A DNA stretch of 64,000 nucleotides, taken from the NCBI GenBank assembly GCA_002633005.1, contig NMRA01000003.1:1270519-1334518 (forward strand), in the 5' to 3' direction. Below are positions 1 through 11,500 of this stretch, one piece after another. The translations under genes were made by a program, and so were the position numbers. The number at the start of each line of letters is the position of its first letter. Positions within the stretch are counted from its first letter, which is position 1. Source of the DNA: Phoronis australis (lineage: Eukaryota > Animalia > Phoronida). Below the pieces are notes generated by a model that did no database searches, had not been told where the DNA came from, and saw only the letters and a program-made list of their open reading frames with translations.

Positions 1-729
1 CAGTGTGCCTTCTGAGAGGGGAATTTTTCGCTGAGTGAGGGGAAAAATCTACCTCCCGATCGCTATCAATAGCACGCTTTCCCTGTTGCAAGCTCTCATA
101 GGCTCTGTCTCAAATAGCATTTTGTGCTCTTTCAAGTTGTCACCTGTGTGTCTACAGGTGATTTGAACTTCGGAGAGAAATTTTCAATCACTAGGGGAAT
201 TTTTAGGCCTCGTAGGGAGTATTTGGCGTTAGTTTTCGTTGAGGGGAATAGGGCCGATATTCAGCCCCAAAATCGAGGAATTGAGGGCCTTATCCTCTTT
301 GGAAAGAAAAATGCATCACGTTTCAACCCATAGTCATGAAAATACAGCCTGGGTGGTCGAAAATTGTCTGGTCGTTGCTGTGATGCTCGGCAACCGAGAT
401 GCGACAAAATATCTAACTTTTCAAAAACATTTATAAATTTTACAGACATTTCCTTCGTCGCGGCAATGACCCAACGCTTCCGAATCTCAATGTCCTTAGG
501 GATTGTAAAACAGACAGTTGAGTGTCCATATTTTTTCTAGCCCTTCAAGCGACGCGGAAAACAACTATGCCAATAAGTCAACAAAGCTATCGTAGTGAGC
601 CTCGTTTTGGAACGCGCCTCCTGTTGGCGTGAATTAGGTCTATTGGCGCGAGCTTAGTTTCACTGTTAGAACTGTGTGAAAAATCCAAAACGCAACCTTA
701 AGGAATTCCTTTTAATACTGTATCCTCAG

Positions 730-3042
730 CCTTCTGGAGATGGAACTTGAAGTACTTGCAAGCCAAGAAGACGTCGTTGACACCATTTGTCCAGTTTGGT
801 GTTGGCATGTCCATCTGTTACTACTTCCTGCATTACAAGGCTCATTGTAAGTTCCTCAATTACCTGTACTGATATACCTAAACAAGAGTCATTATGAGGA
901 AGAATGGACTGCGATTATGGAGTTGTTTAGCCATCTGTATGCACTCCACCTGCTTTACAGCTCAGTCTCTTTCTGGTTACGAAAATTGTTTCATTTGCAT
1001 TAAAAAACCGAAAGATGCATGAAAAGTAACTAAAAGTGCTCTGTTTGTAAATCCGTGGTTGTTGACGTAATTGCTACCTTTTGTTTAAAAAGTGACGAAC
1101 AGTTTCAAAGCAATGTTGACAGTGAAAGAGTAAGATATCCTTAAATTAAATAGACAAGTCATGCATGATAGACAATCTTCTTCAGTGACAGCTCACCAGG
1201 AACAGGTTGTATGTATAGACAGCTGTGTAGATTCGCGCCACCTGACATCATGAACTGACAATAAATTCTGATCAATTAGCCTATGTGTGTATGTGGTGGA
1301 TATTTACCCTTTCTGAGTAACCCAAAGACCCTGTGCTAGCCAAAGAGTGGCATATATTCCAACATGACTGGTGTATGGAATTTTGTTCGGATCAATCTGT
1401 GTCTGATGTAAGGAGCTTGTCCGATGTTTACGTACTTAAGAACCGAGAAGTGGCGGGACATGCTTTTGATCACATTACAAATTTTAGCTCATGGCACATC
1501 CGGGGGTGACAGTCAATTTAAGGGGTATAGTGGGGATGTGCTTCTGGGATACCCTTTTCAACATGGCTGATACAGTGTTTGGTTGTTTTTTCATCATTTT
1601 TATGCACTCACATATTTATGTGTATGTGCATTTTTCTGTCATCCCTGTCTGCCCGGCGTCCATTGCTGTATCTCCAAAACCCCTTGATGGGTGTTTGTGA
1701 AATTCCATCGTGGACGGTACGTCATGGGCAAGTTATTGGCTTAAGCCCACTACCGGTGTGCCCCTAGTGGCAGTTTTATTTTTTAACGTTTGCCTCTCTA
1801 TCTTTGGAGTTTCTCAATGGATTTTCACAAAATTTGACTTATTAATATCTGTTAATAAGACAATGCCATCTTTTAGTTTTCGGTTGGATTCAACTTATTT
1901 TGCATGTTTTTTTACTGTTTTCAGGTGGCCAAACTTTTCCACGGCTTATTTTGAAACTTGATAATTAAACGTTCCCACTGGGAAGAGGATGACTGCAACT
2001 ACTGTTAGTAGTGTCAGTTTTGTTTTTTGCCTCTGCAGCTGTATCTCATGAATCTCTTGTAGGAACTTTTAAATTACTAAATTTGGCAAGTGATTTTCTA
2101 TAAACGTGACTACAGATGGCAACTAATTTCATGTGGACTCGAGTGCCAATGTGCCCCTAGTGGCAATTTTAGTTTCTTTACATTTTCCTCTATATCTTCG
2201 GATTTTAATGAAACATGGCAAATAGGTTTCTATTAAAGCGCAATAATACCTTCACATTTTCAGAATGGTGGATTTGACGTTTTGTATGCCACCTAGGGGG
2301 ACGTTTTTAGTCTGCTTTTTTTGGCGTCTGCCTGTCTATTGGCCAAAACATTCTAAGGATCATTATGAAAAATGGTGTACATATCCCTTCTTGGAGGTAC
2401 ATGGCTGTCAATGATTTTTGAACTGGTGTGACGACTGCTGATGCACCCTCTTGTAGTAATTTTGTTGTTTTTGCTTGTGGTTCAATACAAGTTTCTTGAT
2501 GGATCTTCCTGTAATTTTGCACGTGTTCATGAGAGTACAACTGATGTGGATTTTGGGACAAATATGACTGCTGTGTAGTCGCGTAGTGGCAATTTTGTTT
2601 TTCTTTGCGATTATCTTGTTACCTTTCAAGTTTCTTAATGAATGTTCATGACATTTGGCAAATAAGTTACTATCACATAGACACAGGCCCCGTTTCAGTT
2701 GGACGTGACCATTGCACCCCCTAGTGGCATTTCTTTTGTTTTTGTGTCCTTCGTCACGTTTTCCTGTTCTTTAAACTTCTTCAAGAATCGTGATTAAAGT
2801 TGGCAGGTGTGTCCCTATCGAGTAGCGAATTTATGACTTGCTTTGCACCTCCTAGGTGTTACTATTAGTTTTACTAGCATTGTTCCATTAATTGGGAATG
2901 TTTAAAGTAATGACCATCTCTTGTATCTGCGATGAAAGCAGTTCAGTTTAATTTTATCCCAATGTTATGACTGCCAACATGCCAGCATTCAATACTTACC
3001 ATTTCTTTTTCAGATTATTCACGTCATGCCAAGTACCATTAA
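730..3042 (+). CDS. ATP5MF: Mitochondrial ATP synthase subunit f, last two coding exons (5' part lies upstream of the window)
   Basis: Exon 730-846 (ctcag|...|gtaagt) reads FWRWNLKYLQAKKTSLTPFVQFGVGMSICYYFLHYKAH. Exon 3014-3042 (tttttcag|) reads YYSRHAKYH*. Phases join (1/1). The WRW motif, single TM segment and terminal KYH* are typical of invertebrate subunit f. Confidence 0.9.
1480..2870 (+). mobile_element. Non-autonomous element with an internal tandem array of about 400-450 bp units (Helentron/HINE-like)
   Basis: Repeated CCCCTAGTGGCA motifs (about 1761, 2154, 2718). Starts near TTTTAGCTC. Reverse-complement homolog of 8410-10070 (1755-1835 aligns to 9830-9920). Superfamily assignment is inference. 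Confidence 0.55.
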
Positions 3043-3184
3043 CAGAAAGAGGAAGATAGTAGTTCCCAATTCTCCCTCCCCATAATCATGTTTGGAGTAT
3101 TTATGTAGATATGACTAGCACAGTATGTGATTTTTGATCAATTATGAGTGACATGCAAGTTTGGTGTTATAGTTTGAACTGAGA

Positions 3185-3190
3185 AATAAA
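3185..3190 (+). promoter_or_regulatory. Polyadenylation signal of ATP5MF
   Basis: AATAAA about 140 nt after the stop codon, followed by T/GT-rich sequence. Confidence 0.65.
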
Positions 3191-5561
3191 TTGTTTCAGG
3201 AATGTCTTTTCTTTAAGCTGTAACATATGCAAGGAACATTTGTTCTAAAGTGGAAACGACCAGTTTGTTGTGTGTTGCAACTGAAAAAATGGGAAATGTT
3301 CCGGGCTTGGGTGTAGTTTTTTACTCAAATCTAGGGGTCATAAAGTGCGAACGTGGACTACCATTCCCTGTGTGGAAAATGTCAAAAATAATTTTGTGTC
3401 TTATTTAGCAGCAGGTATGTGTATAAGACAGAAAATTTTGCACATTTGCTCAAGTGCGCACAACAAATTTCAGACTTGCTCAAGTCTTCACCTTTAATGA
3501 ATCAGACCCCTAGTCTCCTCTTGTTCCTTACTCAGATAGGAAGTGATTTGTAGGTTTGGGAGAACTGAAAGAGTTTCATATTTGAATCCATCTTGTCACA
3601 ATTAGTCGCTGAACATGTTCTCGAGCAGTAACACTTGTGTCATGTTTCCAAGCCAGAAACTACATCTCATTTTGAGTGAGAATCAAGTTGGGACCAGTTC
3701 TGTTGCGGTAAGTGATCTTAACCTTGAAAAAAGTCTTTTTGGGCAGATGGCGTTATTACAGCTGCTTGAACACTTGTTCATTGCATTCACTCGATAGACG
3801 TTTTCACCAAATACCGTAATAACCACAACTGAAAATGAAATTTTTATTTGACAAGATTGTGGCAATCTGTAGTTGAGCAGATGACAATACTGTCGCAGTA
3901 GGAACTGGAATGAGAGGATAATCTGTTAATGACACTGGAAAACAATTATCACCTGATTACATGTATTTTAGTTTACATCAAACACTTGTCATGGTGAAGG
4001 CACTTCTGTATGTTAGCTGACTAGAGGCAACATAAGATTTAAAAACAACTGCCACACTGACACAGATTATGGTAAAATTTCTTCAAATTAGAACTACAGT
4101 AAAATTTTGTTTTATCAAAATTTTCCACAAGACAATTTTACTTAATTAGTTGATATGTACTATAGTACATTGTGGCTGTCATCGACAGGCATGATGAAAT
4201 TTTGAACATATTTGGCAATATAGGAAGTGTCTGAAAAATGAAGAACCAATTTTGGCCATTATTTTTGTTTGAATTTGAGGAAACCACCGTACTCTGTCTA
4301 TCTGTACAATTTCACTACAATTTTCTCCCATAAACAAGTGTACTGATACAAATAACCGATAGGGCCAAAAATGGAAGTATCCACACAGGACCGATTACTG
4401 GCACCTGTGCTTACTTTTATCACATATTCTTTACAACAAACTCAGATTTTTTGTACAAAAAATAGATTTTGTTTGAACTAAAATGAAAAAATATTTCTGT
4501 GACATCATAACAGGAGCACATTGCTGCAGAACTGTATGAAAGCAAAAAATATTTCTTGTCTTCTTCAACCTATCCCTTCAAATTGAATTGAAATTAGGCT
4601 AAATTCCAAGCATCTCTTGAATATACAAAAATGTCACAAAGTAAACTGGTTTGGCATATATATTTAGATTCGTGACATCACACCACCAGGGGCTAAGAAA
4701 ATAACATGAAACTTCCAACAGTTTTTAATAATATATCAACTACCAACTTCTTTTGGAAACTTCTGGCATTTTGGACATTTGCCATTTTTGACAACGTAGA
4801 TACCCTTTTCTAAGACCCTTGGGCTGATTAAAATTTGTACTTGTTAAAAAGTCCAAAAGTGTGCAATAAATTATTTAAAATGCAAGTCATTTAAAATTAT
4901 GTTCGTCAACTATTGAGCAGCAATGATTTTACAAAACATGCAAACTTGGTGGAGAGAATGACAATATGTACATCACGTGCCAATTCACAAAATAACTTTT
5001 ACTCACCATTTTGAAAAGAACAGCAAATGAATATTAATATCGAGTGTCCAAAGTTAAGGTAGATTTTATTGCAGGTTGAAGTTGAGATTTAATTTTTCTT
5101 AAAAGTAATCATTTAAAGGTGTATTAGCACTGCGTCAAATTCAGCACAAATTTTAGATTACGGTAATATAGCCTTGACAAATTTCAATGAAAGTTTTATG
5201 AGAGCATTTTTCTCCTAAAATACATACTAAATAACTATACAGCAACATCTGGAGAAGACCATTAAAAAAATAAATTAGTGCTCTCCGACAACTTTTCAAT
5301 AGGACATAATTATGTACAGCATACAAGTGAAATACATCCATTTTTTAAGAAACCTCTCACGACCCACAATAATTGAAGATATATGAAACCCTAATGAAAT
5401 ATACGTGGCTATAAAATGCCAAGTTCAACAGCACGAAACATGAACATGGTTTTGCTGACAGTATAGTACATTACATCCATAATCTAAAACTGGACTTGAG
5501 TAAGGGACACATTCAGATTATGAATCAGAAAAATAATCCATATATAGTTTTATCCTGTCGA

Positions 5562-8500
5562 TCATGTTTCCTGGTGAACATCCTTGTGCTTTTTTGGATC
5601 TTCCTTTAAAAGCAACTCTATATCTTTGTCCAAACTGTTGTCTCCAATCCTCCGATTATGTAAAATGTTGCTCAGAGTCCGAGCCTTTTTATTGAGATTC
5701 TTTGGTTGCATTTCATTATTAGGGAGTCCTTGATTACTTTTTGGTTGAGCATTGTTATTCTGTTGCGGTGCATTTCCAACATTTTGTTGTTCATTTCCAA
5801 TATTGAGTTGCTGTGCATTACCAACATTTGCCTCATGAGCTTGGTGCACATTGGGGATATTTGGTTGTTGAGGAATTGCAACATTGAGTTGTTGTGCATT
5901 TGCAATATTTGACTGTAGTGCATTTGCAACATTAGGCTGTTGCACGTTTGCAACATTAGGCTGTTGCACGTTTGCAACATTAGGCTGTTGCACGTTTGCA
6001 ACATTAGGCTGTTGCACGTTTGCAACATTAGGCTGTTGCACGTTTGCAACATTAGGCTGTTGCACGTTTGCAACATTNGCTGTTGCACGTTTGCAACATT
6101 GGGCTGTTGCACGTTTGCAACATTGGGCTGTTGCACGTTTGCAACATTGGGCTGTTGCACGTTTGCAACATTGGGCTGTTGCACGTTTGCAACATTGGGC
6201 TGTTGCACGTTTGCAACATTGGGCTGTTGCACGTTTGCAACATTGGGCTGTTGCACGTTTGCAACATTGGGCTGTTGCACGTTTGCAACATTGGGCTGTT
6301 GCACGTTTGCAACATTGGGCTGTTGCACGTTTGCAACATTGGGCTGTTGCACGTTTGCAACATTGGGCTGTTGCACGTTTGCAACATTGGGCTGTTGCAC
6401 GTTTGCAACATTGGGCTGTTGCACGTTTGCAACATTGGGCTGTTGCACGTTTGCAACATTGGGCTGTTGCACGTTTGCAACATTGGGCTGTTGCACGTTT
6501 GCAACATTGGGCTGTTGCACGTTTGCAACATTGGGCTGTTGCACGTTTGCAACATTGGGCTGTTGCACGTTTGCAACATTGGGCTGTTGTATATTTGCTA
6601 CATTTGGTTGCTGTGCGTTTACAACATTGGGCTGTTGCACATTTCCAGCATTAGGTTGCGGCATATTTGCACCATTCACTTGATTAGTTTCAACTCCATT
6701 GCCTTCCACTTTTTCATCACCAGTGTTATGCATGCCTTGAATTTTCTCGAGTAAGTTGCTCAGATCCTTTTTAATTTCTTCGTGTTTTTCCTCTATCAGC
6801 TTCTGTTTCTTGTTGGCTATCTGAAAACGAAACACAAACGGAAGGTAAAGGCAATCTATTTATGGTCACAGTTTTATGGCTACTATGCAAACTCTGAACA
6901 CTTATGCAAATAGCAGATTTAACAAAACTGCACTGTTGATTAAACCTATTGTCGAAAAGCACTATGACCCTTCAATAGTTCAGTGCGTTACATGGGCAGG
7001 TATGTATGAAAGTGATTCAACCTGCATTGACGTTCGTTTATGGGAGAAGTATCAGGAATTTCCAACAGAGGGCGCAGTGTGCTCCATTGTAAAAAACGAG
7101 CACATTTGGGAAACTTGATTTCACGTAGACGAATAAGTAAATGTCATTGAAACCAAACCTAAAGCAAGACATTAAAAGCCTAACTTCAACGAAATTTTGT
7201 TATTTTAGGTCTATTGGGCTAACCAGTTACTAGCAGTTCTAATAAAACATCAGAAAAATAAGAAAACACGAGTTTAATCACTCAAATGTAGGCCGTCAAA
7301 TAATAGGTGAAGTTGCCTTTTCATGCCATATTGTGTCACCACGAGATCCAAGCACAAACAAGAAAAGGCCAAAAATAGTTTTATTAATAGGGGGTCTGAA
7401 CAGAACACCATTGCATGCAGGTGTTATTATCAGCTGTTTCAATTAAAAGGTGATTCTGGCAGTGACGTGGACAAAAGCAACCAAATATGCCTGAAAGTTC
7501 ATTACGTTTGGCAATTTATGACACTAGTGGGCTCGGAGCGATGCTCTTAAAATACTGTAGGAACCACTTACAGGCTTTAAAAGTGGTAAACCAGTATTAT
7601 GCAGTTTATCAAAACATGCAAATCTTGTAGGAACTCGACCTTGGTGAGAAAATCTGGTTAATCATGGTGCAGTATCCTCACTTTCACTCACCAGGAGCAT
7701 TTTTATGCTTTTAAGTCAAAAGATGAAATGTGACGTGTACAGCCATCAGGAATAGCAGAAACAATTGATTATTAAAGCAAAACTAGATTTTCTCCATGGG
7801 TTCTAAATTCAATACTGTCTTATTCACAAAATAAATTAAGTTTCACAAATTACTAATACTTCTTAATATGTGAATCACAACTGAGAAAATTTTGGGCATA
7901 TTTTCAACGATCTGCATGCTCCTGGTAACTTGAGTGAGTAGTTCCCGCTCACCTTGGTCACTCCTTCAAGGAATTTTGCCAAAGAGCTTCCAAGTGCAGG
8001 CTTCCTCAATTGACACAACAGCAGAAATCCGACTGTTTAAGTTCTAAGCATCTCAATCACACCACTCGACACATACCTGATCTGGATGAGCCTCTTTCTG
8101 GTGTACTTTCAACTCGGCTACAATCTCCTTCTGCTCCTTCAGTATTTTTTTCTGCTCGTCTCTAAACTCGTCCAGAAGTTTCTTCACTTCATTCTTGTCC
8201 ACATCACCAACGTCTCGTTTGACTTTCTCGCTCACCGCACCCGCGGCCACTGTAATCTCCTTGCCTTTCTCCTGAGACTCCTGCAGAAACATAGGGCCAT
8301 CAGAGGCATAAACTAACCCTGCAGTCTGCGACTTCTAAGACTTAAGACAGAAATTTGGTTACGCACTCCACACAACTATTTCTGAACAATAATTAATCAT
8401 CACTTTTACAAACAAGAGCAACGCGGAGTGTTGAAATGCGCCTACGAATGCATCGCAAATGGTGTGCTTTTAGGGTTATTTATTTGTATCATAAAAATGG

Positions 8501-11500
8501 TCACTAGATGGCGCATAAATGTACAATCCATCCAAAAACGGGAACATGCCATATTTCATAAAAATCTGTCAAGGAACTTCAGAGAAATAAAGGAAAACAG
8601 AGCAAAATGAAATTGCCACTTGTGGGCACAGTGTCCGTTCAATCCGCCTGAAAGTCGTCGTCTGTTATCTCCATATAAATTCACTTACTAAATGTAATAA
8701 AGATCCTGCAGTGGGTTTTGGATATACAGCTATGGGAGAAAAACAAAACAAAACTACCACTAGGAGGCACCACAGTAGCCAGTCACCATCATCAAATGTC
8801 CTCTTCACACTGAAAACATATATGATCGTGGGGTGGACGCCAAAAACAAGATTTGAAAACAGTAAAAATGGCAACTAGGTGGCTCAAAATACCTTGATTC
8901 CACCCAAAAACAGGATGATAGCGTCATCTCACCAATAGATGCCTATATTCAAAATTTTATAAAAATCTGAGGACCTTTGAAGATACAGAGTTAAACATAA
9001 AAACTAAAATTGCCACTAGGGGGCACATCAGTAGTCAGATCTGTCCGAAAGTCGTCGTCGTCTGTAGTCAACATCACATAAATACACTTGCTAAATTAAG
9101 TAAAGATCCTACAAACAGTTTAGGAGATACAGCCATGAGCGCAAAAAAAAACTGCCACTAGGAAGTGCCCCAGTAGACAAAGTCGTCAAAAAATCATCGT
9201 CAGTCGTCCACTTCATAGTAAATTTAACATATATGCCAATTTTCACAATTATCCTGAAAACGGTTTGGTTGATAGACGAGTGGACGCCAAAAAAACAGAC
9301 TCGAAAACATACTAGGTGGCGCAAACTAGGTCGAATTCAGCTGAAAACGAAGTGATAGCATCAACTCATTAACAGATGCCTGTATGCCAAATTCTATGAA
9401 AACATGTTGAGGACCTTTGAAGATACAGAGGTAAACGTAAAAAAAAATTGCCACTAGGTGGCATATCAGTAGTCAGATCTGTCCGAAAGTCGTCGTCATC
9501 TGTTGTTAACATCATATAAATGTATCAACTAAATTTCGTAAAGATCCCGCGAACGGTTTAGGAGACACAGCCATAGGCGCAGAAAAAAAACTGCCACTAG
9601 GAGGCGCCACAGTAGTCAAAGTTGCCAGAAAATCATCGTCAAAAGTCAACTTCATAGTAAGAACATACATTCCAGTTTTCACAATCACCCTTTGAGCGGT
9701 TTGGCTGACAGAAGGGTGGACGCGAAATAACAGACTCGAAAACAGTAAAAACAGCCACTAGGTGGCGTAAACTACGTCGAATCCATCTGTAAACGGGAGG
9801 ATCGTGTCATCTCACTAATAGAAGCCTACACACCAAATTTCAATAAAATCCATTAAGGACTTTTGAAGATACAGAGGTAAGCGTAAAAAATTAAAATTGC
9901 CACGAGGGGGCACACCGGTTGCTGGATCCGTCTAAAAGTTCGCTTATACTGTCCCATCTACGGAAGGAACACATGTGCAAAATTTCATGAAAATCTACTC
10001 ATGAGTTGTTTACAACATTTGACAGAGAGTGACCCCTGGTCTCTTCCTGGGCCAAATACAGAAAAGCTAAGACCCAACCTTACCAAGATCTTAACTATAA
10101 GGTATGAAAAATCTGGCAACGCTTACTCAAGCTTAAAACAGTAGTCACCTGGTTTGATTTCATAATGCCAAGAATTTTCAAGTCCACTTGCTCACCATTT
10201 CTTGGTTAGATTGAAAGACTATTGATGAGTTGCGTAGAAATCTTTATGTAATTCGGGTTGTCAAAAAATGTTGAATCCTGTTGACACAGTCACACCTTTG
10301 AACACTGAATTCCAAATTTAGCAAACCATACATGTACCCTTGGTAACCGTTGTTGTGCAAGCTTGAAAAACATTTTATTACAGTCACACAATTCAATCTG
10401 ATTGTCTTTTATAGCCATCACAAAGCAAAACTCGTTTTTAGACGATTAATTACTCGATGACCTGTACTAGTCACAATGTAGCTCATATAGCACACCAAAT
10501 GAAGACATCTGCCAAAGGTTAGCAAGACTAGAGGACAACCTTGAATAAGGTAGGCACAAAAAGCTTAAAGAATTATGGCTGAGCTTGAGCAAGATAGCAC
10601 ATTTTTAGCTTAATTAAACTTGCCAGTAAGGACTATTCAAGCGTGATGATTTTAGTGCACAACAACAGCTGTATGGTATAAATTAGTCTAAGTTAAGCGA
10701 AGATCTGACTTTCATGGAACTGAATTATATAAGTTTTACAGTTTGTAAATTAGTTTTAAGTTTAGTGTACTGGTGCTTTTAAAAGTGAAATTATAACTGT
10801 AGTCCTAATTAATACGAATTTCACTTCATCTCTTGCTTCGTCAACGTTACAATGAAAATCAAGAAGAAAACTGAGCAAAAATAAGCGCAAAATCATTTGA
10901 AGATTAGAAAGAAATTTTGAAGTTTTTTGAAAATTTCTAATAAATGGCATGATAAGATAAGATGTTACTTCGATCAGTATAAGACATAAATCTGATTATT
11001 TCACCTTGTTCTCAGTCTCCTTCTTCACCCCCTCCTCAGCTGGTTCCTGTGGGTTCGGCGGTTCTTGTCTTTTCTCATCGTCCTTACCTACAGCAACTTC
11101 TACATGAAAGTTGTACAGAATCACTCATCAGAAATGGCCAAGGGAGATAATCAGGGCTATTGATACCAATTCTTTTCCCGTTATGGTCATTATTAACAGC
11201 AATACTTAATTTCTGGTAATCTTATTTCATAAGCATCGACAGAACTACAGTTATAGTCATGTTGATGAAACTGTAAATTTTCATTACAAGATGACTACAA
11301 TCCTGGACATTAGCAAACCAATAACAATATCCTAACTATAATCAAAACAATAGCACAACTTTATTACCTTCATAAGTTAGAGTGATTAGCACATATTGGA
11401 TGATAAAGTGGCTCTTCACATACCGGGTATTTCATTTTCAGAACAAATTCGGCATAGCTGTGGTTAACAGCACTTTGTCCGTTACACAATCTATAACAGT

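Noticed and set aside
5925-6590. Palindrome-containing regular repeat resembling a CRISPR array
   Set aside because: Units are contiguous with no unique spacers, there are no cas genes, and it lies inside a eukaryotic exon.
5884-6754. Long Cys/His/Trp-rich ORFs in the other five frames ([32 protein letters not shown])
   Set aside because: By-products of a stop-free 24-bp repeat. Only the QQPNVANV frame connects to the spliced SLC38A10 CDS.
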